DNA of 64,000 nt. Origin: Octopus sinensis (Eukaryota). The notes under the pieces are model-generated. The model had not been told where the DNA came from. It did no database searches and worked only from the letters and a program-made list of their open reading frames with translations. Below, piece by piece: positions 26,465 to 41,639 of this stretch (position 1 is its first letter; each line of letters starts with the position of its first letter). The stretch is taken from assembly GCF_006345805.1 (NCBI RefSeq), contig NC_043011.1, positions 65,112,464-65,176,463 on the forward strand, read 5' to 3'. The position numbers and the translations under genes are program-made.

Positions 26465-27639
26465 GTAAGTATTTTTGTTACTATCTTGCTAATTGATCTG
26501 ACAATAATTATCAGTATATTTCTGTGTTTCAATCAGTGTAAATAACAAAAATCTAAAGCAGCGTCTATTTATCATAATTCCTCTTTGTAAATATATTTCT
26601 CTATCGACTTAAACAATTACACTGTGCGATAAAAAAAGGTTTTCTTGCTATTTAATCATTTTCAAAAGATTTGGGGTAATGTTTGTGTGCCGACTTCGAA
26701 TCTGGCATCTGTTATCAGACAACATGTGCAGTTGTTTAGTTATTCACAGCATATTCGATGCGATTGACAATATTCACAAAGTATTAGACTATTTGCTTTC
26801 GATTTACATCCATATGCTCATCGCTGGAACAAAAAATAAGTTCTGATAGAAGAAAATATAGGCTGCGTGTTAAATTGCCCCAGAAGATGAGATTTAATTC
26901 ATTTTTCTTCGTCATCGATGTCATTATAGTATTGAATGCGTGCCGAGTGATACAACAGATTGCTGTGATGAACCAGGATATTCAAAAAAGGTTTCTCATT
27001 TATTAATTCAAATTGAGTTGAAAAGTTTAGTTAGAGACTTGGGTGTAGCAAAAGAAAAACTGTCAAAAATACTGGAATCAAGTTTGAAACAATCAAACCT
27101 GTTACAGGATCGTATATAATGCTAGGCTTTTAGAAATTGACACACCTAATTGCATAATTGTTTTTTTTACGGAGAAAGACGATACTTGCTTTTGTTGTGA
27201 TAAAGATATTTATGTGAGATTGGTTATAGCTATTATCCTGAAGAATGGTGACGCTCCATAGATTCTAGCAAAGTAAGCCTACGGCCCGTTTTCCTGAATA
27301 ATGGCAATCAAAATCATTCAATACCACTAGTACTTGCTGAAGGACTATAAGATACTTATGAATCAATGGATAGAATTTCGCACTTGATTGTGCACACTTG
27401 AATGTGCACCTAAGTGTAATAAATGCAGGTTCTTGAAAGTTATTGGTTTGCTACTTTGGTTCTTCAGCAGGGAGTCCCACCTGTAAGGTATATTGCAATC
27501 ACCACACAATTTTGCAAAACAGATGGTAAGGAATGATGTCGAAAAATCTATTAGTTAGATAAAATCGGAGCCTCCTTTAAGAACTACCGATGTTTTGGAA
27601 GAAGAATTTTGGAAACACCAGTCCCAGAGTAACTCTGCA

Positions 27640-27900
27640 GGAGGTAGCATAGAAACGTGGCTTTGATCACTCAATTATTCATAGACAACTGCGTATCATC
27701 GGAGAAAATTTTTTTAAATTGTGTCAATGGGTTCCTCACATAATTTCCCTGTAGAATCGCACGCAGATTGTGAATGTGTCCTCTTCTCTGCTGTCAAGAA
27801 TAAAGAGTATTTTGGACCGAATAACGACTTGTGACTACAAATGGGTTCTCTATAAAAAATGTGAAGCGACGAGGTTAATTGGTAGTAAAGAGTGACACAT
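27640..27900 (+). mobile_element. Mariner remnant
   Basis: Degenerate QWVPH and DxKWVLYKNVKR motifs. Confidence 0.55.
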
Positions 27901-28959
27901 CGGATCCGGCGAACAGATCGACGGCGAACAGTATCAGTGGCTTAAGTCAGCGATAGTCGAACAGCAACCAACATTGTTGGTCGATTAAATGAACCTCAGT
28001 ACGCACCTGGTACTTCATTTATCGATCCCGAATGGATGAAAGACAAAGTCCACCTCAGCATAAAATTATACTTCTATTATTGCTGGGCGTATAGTTAACG
28101 GTGCTGATTTACATTACTATTGTTTTATTTTAATTATTCTTATGAAGCATGCATTTATTTTTGTGCAGGAAACAAAATCTCCCATCTCTCTTACTTATGA
28201 TCAATTTATCCTTGGATGGAATGATCTGGCAAATTTCCTCCTCCTATAGATCACACCTCTTATATCAATGCTATAAGACTTTCCTCTACTAATTACTTCC
28301 AAGATTTGCTTATAGTTTCTAAAGGTAGTGTTAGCTATTTTTCCCGTTGTCTCTAAATGAGTTTTCCTTGTTGTTGCTGCTTCATTTTTTTATTTTGATT
28401 TCGGTGACGTCTCAGTATTCCTCTTCATATTATATCACCCTCATATGTAAAATCGCTTTCTTTACGAAAATTTCCTAAAGTTCATCACAATATCCGTTAG
28501 GTATTTTGCAATCACATTTTTTAAATTTTCAATATCTTGTGCTGTTTCCTTATTAACGATTCTTTCCCTATAACGAACACTCCACCTATTAACGTGTAAA
28601 GGAATATACCGATTCTAGACAGCTTTCAGACAAGAATTTGATTTTACTGCAATGAAAATCTCAAAATTCTTTATATTATACAGCTAAGATTACTTTAGAA
28701 TATATAGAATCAGATGAAAACACCTGTACGGAATACTGAAACTGTCTAATGTGTATATTATTCGCGCCTAAGAAACACTAATATTAACACAGAGAAACAA
28801 AATCCTAGTAATTTCACCGTTATATATTTTAATCGCTCGACGCTTGGGTATAAGATATCCCTAGAAGGTGTAATGTCTTTCTTTGCAAAACCTAATCAAC
28901 ACTCTTTATAAACGTAGATTAAATAAAAGCTCTTACCTGTAAGATGAGGTAAATTGAAA

Positions 28960-30350
28960 ATAGAAATATCAACGAAAGCCATTCCGATACCATCCAAAAA
29001 CGAAGGGCCTAATTGAAAAGACAACAGAGTTCGTTCATTATGTTAGGTGGAGAGCATATTGTTATGATAGGGAAAGAGAAGCATCAGTGAATACCGCCAA
29101 GGATTGGGCAAAATTATTACAGAGGAACTATATTTCTAGGAAATAACCGCAACGAAGTAATAATTGACAGCTTTCGGAGAAGAATCATGGACCATTAATA
29201 TCCCCATGAAGGAGGGCATGAACAATTGAAAAATAGGAGAAAAACTAAAATATATTACTAGTAACTTTACGGCAGGAGAAGGAATTATTGCGCATGCGGT
29301 TAAGTCTGGTGTCATTTACAATCTTAGTAACCACCACTATCACAAATTACTTCGAGAAGAAATTTAAAAAATCTACAACATAACGTATAACAATACTTTA
29401 AGAATAATTGATGAACAGACCAAGGAAATAATGGCTGATTATAAAATAGATGAAAAGAACAGAAGCTTTTGTACCGCGAAACCAGAAATAGGCTAAAAAG
29501 AGCCCACACTGAATTTCAACATTAACCCAAGCATTAGATTAATGTGTTCAAGTTGAGAGTTCGGAAAAATAAGCAAACAAATAATTGAATGATGTATCGC
29601 AACGCTCAGTAAACAGCTAAGGTTATAAGTAAGGTTTAACTCAGAACAAGTAAGATGCTGGTTAAATAAATATGACAACAAGAAAAGCGGATACAAATTC
29701 ATATATAACCAAATACTTCATCAAATACACCATTACTTCAAAATGATTTCCTACTGATTGCGTGAAAGAGTACTAAACTACACATTAGGAAATCGATAAA
29801 ATATTAGCGGATACGAAAGCACTTAAAATCAGTATATTCAACACAGATCACTGATTTTGGGAGATCGCACATAGTATTGAAATTGGGTAGGGAATTTCAA
29901 GACTTTGGAGGTGGTCTTTACATGGATGACGCGCATTTTTAACTTGATAACCCATCTAATAGGAGTTTAGCAATATATATAATAAAACAATTTATAAATT
30001 CTTCAAGAACACATGAATATGAATATCTTTCGAAAACGAACACAGTTCCGTGAACAAATTTGACTTTATCCATAAACTAGAAACAGGTAAACATATGTCG
30101 TACTCTGAGCAGAATTCTAACCTCAGATGCATCTCTATGGAACGTAACCATCGAAATAGCATCACACATAGTTTAGTAGAAAATATATAATTTTTGCTAT
30201 ATCTAATGTCTGATCCATACACAAAACGCTAAAACCGGCCAAATTATGCACAGCAAGATCGTTAAAGAAGCAACTGAATATATTGAAAATAGAATTTGGG
30301 ATTGCATAATTAATAACCGGAGTCCATAAAGAAATTTTAAAGAAAAAGTG
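28960..30350 (+). mobile_element. Penelope-like reverse transcriptase remnant in gene B intron 1
   Basis: LIEKTTEFVHYVRWRAY, GKISKQII and GLYMDDA (PLE GLYRDDG-like motif); many stops. Confidence 0.6.
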
Positions 30351-30639
30351 TAGATTAATGGTGTGAAATAATATTTATTATCGTATCGGCGCCTTTGAAA
30401 TTATATAAGAAGAATATTAGGCAACCATGCAACACATTTAGAAATCAGAAGAAAAGAGCTAACACTAAGCCTTAGTAGAGGGATAAACAATACAAAGAAG
30501 GACTATAAGGATTAAAATGGAAAGTAATTAGCAGAGAAAAATCTTGGAGAGTTTCTCATCTAAGAGTAAATTAAGAAAAAACGATAATATTTGAGACAAA
30601 AAATAAATCAAATGTTTGAAGATATTTTCATAGTCTTTG

Positions 30640-31200
30640 AAGGGCGATGATATTTGGGTACCACATGTGTTGAGTGAGAAGAACCTTTTGGATCTCATTT
30701 GAACCTGTGAATCGTTTTATAAACGGTTTGAAAACGCGCCATTTAAAAAAAAACTGTATGAGGTGATGAGATATGGATTATCTATCGCAATGTTCAGAGA
30801 AAGCGTTCCTGGATTAAGCGGCTTTAGCCCCACCCCCTAGCAAAACCAGAAGAGGGTCGTCACTCTAAAAATGTCTTGCTTTATGTCTGGTGGGATTCGA
30901 AATGAATTCTGTACGATGAGCTTCTCCCAAGTAAGCGGCCAATTAATTCTGAGAAATACTGCACATTCCTGGACGAGTTAAAAGCAGCATTCGAAGAGAA
31001 ATATCCAGAATTGATCAACACGAAGGGTGTTGTGTTCCTACATGATAATGCAAGACTGTATGTTTCTTTAATAACCACACTAAAATTGCTCCAGCTAGCC
31101 TGGGATGTGTTACCCAACCTCCATATTCACCAGATATTGCCCCTTCGGATTTCAACTTATTCAGGACTCTGTAGAATAATCTTTAAATTAAAGACCGATG
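30640..31200 (+). mobile_element. Mariner transposase remnant ending about 35 nt before gene B exon 2
   Basis: WVPHVLSEKN, DEIWIIYRNVQR, KGVVFLHDNAR...LAWDVLP. Confidence 0.85.
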
Positions 31201-31237
31201 TAATGAAATGATTTTAAAATGTTCTTTCAAATGCTAG

Positions 31238-31319
31238 GTTTACCAACATGTTCGAACATGTGTGCAACACGCGCGGCCTACTATCATTGCAATAATGCAG
31301 ATGTACGCGTTGCCCCAGG
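31238..31319 (+). CDS. Gene B exon 2: (S)LPTCSNMCATRAAYYHCNNADVRVAP(G)
   Basis: ttctttcaaatgctag| acceptor, GG|gtacgt donor. 82 nt, exactly 6 codons shorter than the paralogs, so frame is preserved. Confidence 0.8.
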
Positions 31320-34300
31320 GTACGTATGAAAACATCGCTTACATTAATATGAAAGTTTGCAAAATGTAAAATATTTTCCAGCATTGTTGTTGTTGTGTCA
31401 CCGCCTATCGTTAAATTGTGTTATATTATAATTTCATATTCGACAAAATATATGTTTACATATATATATATATATATTTTATATATAGCCTATGTTTATA
31501 TATATATTTTTATAGATACGCTAATGGAGAAACTTAGAGAAGTAGATATAATTTATAGACATGTGTATTTCTACATCATTATTTTCCGAATGGCCTTTTT
31601 ACTGTTTATTCTATAAACTGTGTTCATTAATTAAAACATTGTTTGTACCATGTGATTAATAACTAAATATTTTATAATGGAGAAAATATCAATTTGAGAA
31701 ATTCATGATGTACAAAATTACAGAGTGTTTGAAGTAAAACTTTTAACGTAATACCTTACAACACTTTGACCTTGGTAAACTGATTGACCTAACAATACAA
31801 AGATTAATATGGTTTAGAAGTGAATATGTAATCATGAAAATACAACAAAATTTTGAAAGCCTGAGGATGCGATTGGTTACATAGGAAAAAAAAGAAAGAT
31901 TGGAATTGTCTGCTATTATTAGTAACATTAAAGGATCACGCTTGTTCTCCCATACTCAAGCATCTAAATATGAGAAACCGAAAATCGACGTTAACCGTTG
32001 CCAATGAGCACTAATTTGGACGGATGACAATCTTTATGAAGAATCATGCTTGATTGGGTCCTTAGAAAAACGGCAAAACCACGGAAAACATGTTTTGCAG
32101 GAAGGTATGAAACGGAGGCTGCCGTTAAGAGACCGTTTTAGAACTGCTGCAGGATGTTCTGTGGTTGTCCATTTGAAAGATGTCGGTTTTCATGCCTGTT
32201 CCCCGTCACTCATTAATATGAAGAACCGAAAAGTGAGGTTAAGCTTTGCCAAAGAGATCGTAATTTAGATGGATGACAATTGATTCTGTCTGTTCCTCAA
32301 TGACAAATGCAAGATCAGTTTGTTTACCCCCGGTAATAGGGAGGACATGAGACGGCTGAAAAATGAAGGATTGCTCCCTAAATGCCTGAAGATATGAGTG
32401 AAACATTCAGTTAGGCTTATAATGATATGGTGAATGGGTTCTACGGCAGGTGCTGGGCAATTTACCAGGGTCCATACTAATGTGAATGAATCATATATTG
32501 AATCATCCAACAAATTACGATAACAAATACTATTCTATATTTTCGGCATAACGTGTTACGTACATTATGTACATTGAACGGATAGCTGTCCTCACCTCGT
32601 CTCTTCTTACTATAACGTCTTAGCAGATGTACTTCCCAATATTCATCAGGGTTCTGGTGGAATCTCGAACCGTACTAATTCCGAAGCTATTATTAAGTAG
32701 CGTGCGATCTTATCCACTGTGCTATGTCCATAGGCATTTATAGAGCGAGTTTGGGGGGTTATAAGCCTAAATGTTTGTTTGTTTTCTTGATACCGTTTTC
32801 CATATTACTCTCATATCAGCATTAGGTCTGCTTAAGAGTTTACAGCGTCCTATTTTTTAGTGGTTTCTCTGTCTATTATTTTAACTCCATCCCAGGTGGG
32901 AAAGGTGGTCTCCGTTTTTCCATACAAGAACGGCTATGACCGTGGGTCAGCGGCTACCCCATTGATCAAATGCTGGATCAGGTTGGAAATTCCACAATGA
33001 CACCTGATGAAGGCTGGAGAGTAAATCAGCCGAAAAGTGACTACAAACACTATGCAGACAAATAATGTGTGAGAATCAAATTTCTTTTTTCATCTAAAAT
33101 ATAACATCCTGCATTTTCTCCATTGCTCTTCCATCCCTCTGGTAGATTTGTACGTCCCCTCTTTCAAAATGTACTTGTCCGTGAAGAAATATACATTTCC
33201 TGTCTTTTTGTGGCCACGTCTACAGTATTCCTTTTTTGTCTCAAAATTCTTTTGAATACTGCGGAATAATTCATGATCAGATGGGGTAATGTGCGGCGAA
33301 TATGTTGGGTGGGGCTTCGTTTCCCATTCCAACGGGTCAAACATGTGGAATGTCATACTCGAAATGTGCACCAGCCTTATTCCGATGGAGGAATACCTCT
33401 CGTTACGCAACCAAAGATCGTCGGTTTTCTTCCAACTCTGACTTAAGCCGAACGAGTTGCTTTCAGTTGTTCTCATTTGTTATTAGGTTTGGTTTTAACA
33501 CTTCAAAGTGGACAGAAACCTATCAAACAGTGGCTAAAGTCATTGTTTACTGTGAGTTGTTGTTTCTCCTTTGCCTACCTACTCTCTTCGGCGCTTGACA
33601 TTTCCAATGTGAACCCATTTTTAGACTATTTGGTCCACAAATGGTTTATTCGCGAGATATAGCAGCAAAGAAGAGGGCACACACGCTCTCTGTGTGCGAT
33701 TTGACACCGATCTTTTGTGAGGAACACATCGTCTAAATTTGTTGACTTATTCACTGTCGATGAATGGTTGAATGTTTCTCAAGATTTACGTTGGGATTTC
33801 GTTCCACCAGCTTTCGCTGGTTGAGTTCTACAGACGTTTTAGATCGAGACTCGTCTACTAGACTGTAGTTTCCGTCCCGCAATTTCTGGAACCGCCGTTG
33901 ACACAGGCTTACGCCAATTGTCTGATCCCAATATACTACATTTTTATTCCACAAATATTATATTGAATTCTTGCATTTATTGAAGTTATATAGCAAAATA
34001 TTCCGGATATGTTCCTTCATCACATCCATTATAGCTTCGAAAATAAACTGTTAAAATCTAATTGCATTCTTCAAATAGCTTACTGAGAAGTACAAACTAA
34101 AATTACTATAAATTACTTTTATAGCAAGTTGTTACAGGCGGTTTGTCGGGTCCCTCTCCGAATTTAGTTCATACAATAGAAACATCTTCACTATTTATGC
34201 GATAGCCAAATGCGAAATCACAATTCTGAAGTAAACCGTAATTGTTTTAGCGTCGTCTCAAACTGGTCAGCCAATATTTCTGATGGATAATAAGTAATAT

Positions 34301-35508
34301 GACCGTGCTAAAATAGCTATGGAGATGTTTGAATCTGAAAATTATTTAGTAATGTGTTGCACAGCTTTGGGCCCTGTCTATAAACCCACTGAACATTTCT
34401 GGAAGCTACTTGGTGATAAGATCAAACAGCACTGACCTGTGAAGGTCATGATATTGTGGGAAATACATGAGGAAGAATGGAATACAATTACCTCAAAACA
34501 ATATGAAAATTTAACCAAATTCTCTGGTTGGAAATGTGTTGACACCCTTAAAGATAAAGGAATATAGATATCTTATTAATATAGTGATGCGGATTGGAAA
34601 ACTATCTGGCAAAATTTGTTTTCGCTGAATTTTAGATTATATGTACTATAAACTGGACCGTCTTGTATTTTCCAAATAAATGTTTCGTTTTATGAATTAT
34701 TAATCAGTTCCTATTCATTTTTATAACAAGTAATAAACATACTGTAATGACAGGGTCCCTTATTAGGTTCACAACATCGAATTTGTTATAAGGAATTAAC
34801 CAGTTATTTTTAAGTTGTGGAATCTATGTCGCATGTCGCCCACAGACACCTTCCATTGCAAAGAGAAATAATGAGTGATAAAAATGGCTTTATTTATAGC
34901 GGTTTTTACCTGGTATTTCGAAACATTTAAGGTTTTTGAAACTGTCTTAGTCATAATGGTGACTCGTTTATAATTAAATCGATTTTTCGTCTGTTTTTAT
35001 AATAACATGTTAGGACATACATATATTCATAAATAATTTTTTACATTACTTTTGAATTATCTAACTCTCCCAACTCATTTCCGGTGGTTTTGCAGTGGCT
35101 CAAATTCGCCCGTCTTTTCTTGTAAACGCTGTGCACGGCATTTGAATGCAAAACTTGAATGTGTAGGTAGAGGACGATACAGTTCACTTGTCAGTCGGGA
35201 TAAATGTTAGTCCCAATATAAGGTCTTGTTTTGATTTCCCTCTAGCGAAGTATTCAAGAGACGAATGCGTCCCGTAATAGGTTCCTAGCTACGAAATTGC
35301 AAACGCCAATCAAACAGCGATTTTAAAGTTTTTGATTCTATTTGTAATGTCTCCTGCCGACAGTTCCTATCGTGAAAAGAAATAATATGAATGATTAAAA
35401 TGGCTTCAGTTATAACGGTTTTGACTGTTAGTTCTAAACATGTAAGTATTTTGATATTTTATTGATTATAATTATTCAATGTTCATTGTTATAAACATTC
35501 TTCTTACG

Positions 35509-35541
<33 letters not shown>

Positions 35542-36494
35542 GTGTGTGTGTGAGTGCGTATGTGTGTATTTATATATACATATGTACCATATATACATAC
35601 GTACATATATATTTGAAAATATACAGCGTGCGATGCGTAAATATTTATTATTTCTAATTTTGCATGTATGCATTATTCACTGGTTTTCGTCGATTCGTTG
35701 ACTATGCATCATAGAATCATCGGTTGGGCTCCATCTTTGAGAGTTACATCACCATGATGCAATTTATCCTGACAGAAATGGAGAAACTACATGCCGTACT
35801 GTTTGGCATTCGCCGTCGGATCTCCAATGCACAAAATGCAATGTATGGTGGTGTGGATCTGAGGCCAGCGCTTGTAATCAATGTGACAAAATCAAACGTC
35901 ATCCTGTTTGAAGTAATCACTAATAATCGCAGCGTTATCCCTGCTTTTCGCTTTCCACTCGGCCTCAGACACAACTCGAAGGCCTGTATCACATGCCGTG
36001 TGGTGGTAGTGCGACCGTGGGATAACAGGGTGGCTACTGACCCCATCATATGTCACACAGGGCGAACAAAACAAAGCTCGCTGCGACAACATCAACCCCC
36101 AACATCAACCCACGGAACTCCCCAAATTGCAGCCCACCTGATTATCACGTGTCTGGAGTTCTCCAAAATATAGAAATCCTTATAACACCAAAGATGGACT
36201 GAAGGAAGGGATTATGGCAGCATTGAACATCTTAAACAAGGACGAGTTCTAGAAAAGCGGCAGGTGATTCCAAGGTCGCCAATGGCAATTATAATATTCA
36301 AGGAATGTACTTTTGGCTTTTCAAGATATCTTCGTGTCAATTTGGGAACAATATCTTCTAAAATGTGAGATGAGAATTTATTCCATTTGGTTATAATTTA
36401 GATGTCCATTTATTCACCCCACACTGTATATATACATAGATACAGAACTGACTGCAATCCATTTTTTTATTTTCTTCTTTTCTTCTTTTCTCAG

Positions 36495-36552
36495 GTTATT
36501 TGGCTACGCCATATTAACAACTATTCTACAGACACAAATTATTCTAAAATGA
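36495..36552 (+). CDS. Gene B exon 3 coding part: LFGYAILTTILQTQIILK* (protein 59 aa)
   Basis: ttcttcttttctcag| acceptor; 3 differences from gene A in 58 nt, two of them synonymous. Confidence 0.75.
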
Positions 36553-36743
36553 AGTGCTATATAAGAAGAATATTATGAACTAATATTAGTTCAAGTCAAA
36601 TGAATCGGCATCACGAGACAAATATTTTTGGAGAAACATTTGTCGAAAAATATTAAACAGAGAAATATATTTTTTGCCAAATCATATTAATTTTCATTAT
36701 ACTCTTTAATTTGTACTTATCAAAACATGTACATAGTAAAACT

Positions 36744-36749
36744 AATAAA
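36744..36749 (+). terminator. Candidate polyadenylation signal, gene B
   Basis: AATAAA at the position homologous to the gene A site. Confidence 0.4.
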
Positions 36750-37244
36750 CTAAAAAAAACATTAAAACATTATTAGTATTATTTAGCATTTTCTATAATA
36801 AACATGATATAACAAATATATATGTTTATGGTATATATATATATATATATATATTACTATTTAAATTCTATGAATGATTGGATGGATACAACTTCTAAGA
36901 TTCAACAAAACATTCATAAAATATATATAATAACATAAAATATATAATAACAGTCATATATATAAATACATCTAATTATAATATTAGTAGTGTTACATGG
37001 AATAAAAATGACTTGCCTAAAAACAAATTGATGGAGCAGTATCATAGCATAGTCCTAAGTATTCAACCTGGATAAGTACAGAATAGTACTTAATCCTGGA
37101 AAAGAGCAAGATGAAATATAGTTCTATATTTAAGTAATAGGGGATTATGTACATTATTTATATTTTGACGGATATTTGTCCTAATCTTCTTTGTTGTTAA
37201 CACAAAGCTTCGGCTGGTATACCCTCCAGCCTACATCAGGTGTC

Positions 37245-37296
<52 letters not shown>

Positions 37297-37297
37297 T

Positions 37298-37298
<1 letters not shown>

Positions 37299-37390
<92 letters not shown>
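37299..37390 (+). repeat. (GATA)n microsatellite
   Basis: Direct tandem repeat. Confidence 0.95.
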
Positions 37391-37391
<1 letters not shown>

Positions 37392-37668
37392 GCAGGCATA
37401 CATATATTTATGTGTATGAGAATTTGTGTCTGTTTGTTCTCGAACCATCACTTGACAACCGCTGTTGCTTAGTTTATGCCGTCGTAACTTAATGGTCGGC
37501 AAAAGAAACGGGTATACAATGTACTATGCTTATAAAGAGTATGTCCTATGATCGATTTTGAGACTAAATTTACGCTATGTGTGTGTTTATATGTGAGTGT
37601 GTGTATCTGTGTGTGTGTACAAATTAGGAAAGAAATGCAGATAGTGTTTGTCTTTTCTCTCAATTTTC

Positions 37669-38506
<838 letters not shown>

Positions 38507-38790
38507 CGTGTCTTTGAACTACGTTTCAAAATGTTTGTGTTTAAATGCTTTCAGTAAATATCGGAATTTGCTTGATATATCGGTTAACAATATGTAGCGC
38601 TGAACAGCTTGCTAATTAGAGCTATAATTTAGATGATGTTAGCTGACACCATAAAAATTAGGCATCTTATTTTTACGAATGCACCTATTAAGAATTTTTT
38701 TACATATGAGAGACATATGTTACATTGTATTAAAAATAAGCAATCTAGAATTGTTCTTTATGAAGAGACCACTGTTGTTAAGAGACAAAC

Positions 38791-38830
38791 ATGATGAAGA
38801 TCTTTTGGTGCCTTTTAGTTTTTGTATCTG
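38791..38830 (+). CDS. Gene C exon 1: divergent signal peptide MMKIFWCLLVFVS
   Basis: ATGATGAAGAT start like the paralogs, same 40-nt length and phase, G|gtaagtat donor, hydrophobic codons. Flanks do not match A/B/D. Confidence 0.7.
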
Positions 38831-38973
38831 GTAAGTATCTGAAATTTTCCTTTCTAATAAAATAGGCAATGATGTTTAAATAGTACAACAATCAGTCTAA
38901 ATGCTAGCGATGTGGTTTTAGTTACAATCTTTCATTGTATAACGAAATAATCGTCTAACTATAAAGAGATAAT

Positions 38974-39013
<40 letters not shown>

Positions 39014-39086
39014 TTTTCTATTTATGAATCTATGTCTGCTTTCACTTTCTTTTCCAATCACACACGTAAACAAATTATATATGTGT

Positions 39087-39214
<128 letters not shown>

Positions 39215-39749
39215 GTATATGTATATGTATATCAACAATGATATGCAGCATAGACTTTTGTCAGTGAACACGTCACCGTCTCAAAGCATCGAAAATGATA
39301 TTTAAATGTTGAAATGAATCTAATTAAGCTTTAGTAGATTAAAGCGGGGGGAAAACAATAAAAAACAAGGACTATAAGGATTGAAATGGAGAGAAATTAC
39401 CAGTGCAAAATATTGGAGAGTTTTTCATCTAAGAGAAAATTAAGAAAAATCGATAAAATTGGAGACAAAACATTGAGTGAAATGCTTTGAAGTTATTTCA
39501 TAATCTTTGAATGGATAAATCTTGGGGTGTCCAGAAAGTTCGTGCTGATTTGTAGTAGCTTACATTTCGACTTAATTTAGAACAAAGCTGAGTCCATGAA
39601 ATAGGATTTGACTACACGTCCAGTTAGAACGCAGTTTAAGGTATCTTTTCTTGGAAGAATGTCTATATTCCTATAACCTGTGGTAATTCTGTAGGCCTTT
39701 AAAATGGAAGTTAAGAAAGTTCATTTTCTGCACTTAACGCTTTTCTTTT

Positions 39750-40400
39750 TCCGAAAAAAATATTATGTCAGGCGATGAGAAATGGATTATCTACCGAAAT
39801 GTTTAGAGAAAGCGATCCTGGATTAAGCGACATAAGCCACCCTCAGCCACCCCAAAAGCGGATCTTTACCCTAAAAAAGTATTGCTTTGTGTCTGGTGGG
39901 ATTCGGAAGGAATTCTTTAGTATGAGATTCTCCTAAATAACCAGACAATTCTGAGAAATTCTGCACACGACTTGATGAGTAAAAAGTATCAATTGAAGAG
40001 AAACATCCAGAATAGTCAACAAGAAGGGTGTTGTATTCCAACATGATAATGCAAGTCCGCGCGTTTGTTTGGGAACCACACACTCGGCTGTGATGCATTA
40101 CCCCACCCTCCATATTCACCAGATATTGCTCCTTCGGATTTCCACTTATTCAGGACTCTACAGAATACTCTTAATGGTAAAAAGTCCAATTTCTGGTATG
40201 ACGTAAAAAGATACCATGATGAATTCTTTACCATGAAACCATCTCAATTCTGGGAAGAAGGTATTTGCAAGTTAAAGTAAAGATGGAGACACATTGTCCA
40301 ACAAAATTTGGTTCATATTTTGTTGATTAAAAATTTAATGCCATGTATTTATTGATCTTTTTCTTTCCTTTGAAAATTTGCACGAACTTTCCGGTCAATC
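39750..40400 (+). mobile_element. Mariner transposase remnant in gene C intron 1
   Basis: GDEKWIIYRNV, HDNA, LPHPPYSPDIAPSDFHLFR; TIR-like gcacgaactttccggtcaatctaata. Confidence 0.85.
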
Positions 40401-40479
40401 TAATATTTCAATAGATTTCAGGCAGTCTCTCTCTCTCTCTCTGCCTTTCTCTGATCCTTTGTGAATGTCTGGTAGATAG

Positions 40480-40580
40480 GTGGGTAGGTAGGTAGGTAGG
40501 TAGGTAGGTAGGTAGGTAGGTAGGTTGGTAGGTAGGTAGTTAGGTAGGTAGGTAGGTAGATATGTAGGTAGGTAGGTAGG
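40480..40580 (+). repeat. (TAGG)n microsatellite
   Basis: Direct tandem repeat. Confidence 0.9.
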
Positions 40581-41518
40581 TTTATTGGCAGTAAATTTGA
40601 AAAAAACTTTGAGTTAAGATATTTGATCGTTTAAGCATGAACAGACTACTTTAAAGGGATTGGAACGTTGCTCCAAATTATCTGGGATGACAACTAGCCA
40701 CTGTACAATTGCGCTCAAACTTTAAGTGTCGGCTGTTTTTAGAACTGAATTCCAAAAATAAATATACTAACATAAATATAAAAGAGACACGTTGGGCTAT
40801 TCCGCTTCAGTACTCACACAGCCTCACCACACATATTAAGGTATTCTGTTATGGTAATCGATAATGTACATTCATTCTATTAGATTATAAAGAAATATGT
40901 CGATTTTAGCCCGGAGGAGAATTTTTAAATTCATAATATAATTATAAATTGTTAAATGATTGATAGAAGCTATTGAATGGATCGTAGCCCATAACTAATC
41001 GGCAATTGTGTTTTTGCAGTATTTAAATTTTCCTTTTTCGTTATATACAACGTAACAGTAGATAAATAGTTATTGTTTGAACAACACGTATATACGTGTA
41101 CAGGTGTGTGTTCATTCATAAGAATTTCAACTAATAAGAAAGGCAAAAATTAAGACTTCCCAACCCAGATATGAATATGTAATTGTTTATTTCTAAATAC
41201 GGCAGGATCCTGTGTAGCTTCGTTTTACTGACATCGAAGATGTGTCCGGGGAACCAAGTCTTATGCGTCCGGCTTGATGATTCGCGAGAATCCTTAGCTT
41301 CAAAAAGCAACACAGATATTTATAGCATAGTGTGTGTATTTATGTATTTGATCAGTAAGATCCTGTATTGTGACTCAGTGAGAAAATATAGAAGAATGCC
41401 AGGAAGATGGAGATTGTCCAGTCTATAATTAGTTATTAGGTGAAATTGTTTGACATTATCGGTGAGTTCATAATCTCAGAGAAATAGCATATGCAAACAT
41501 ATATGCGTTAAGAGTCAT

Positions 41519-41600
41519 GTGTATGTATGTATGTATGTATGTATGTATGTATGTATGTATGTATGTATGTATGTATGCATGTATGTATGTATGTATGTAT
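41519..41600 (+). repeat. (TATG)n microsatellite
   Basis: Direct tandem repeat. Confidence 0.9.
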
Positions 41601-41639
41601 ATGTGTATGTATATACAGACATGCAGGAAGTAAATAGAC

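Noticed and set aside
32265-32513. 82-aa minus-strand ORF repeated at 45372-45620 and 63528-63776
   Set aside because: It is the antisense of the duplicated Tc1 remnant, is broken in unit A, and its similarity is explained by segmental duplication.
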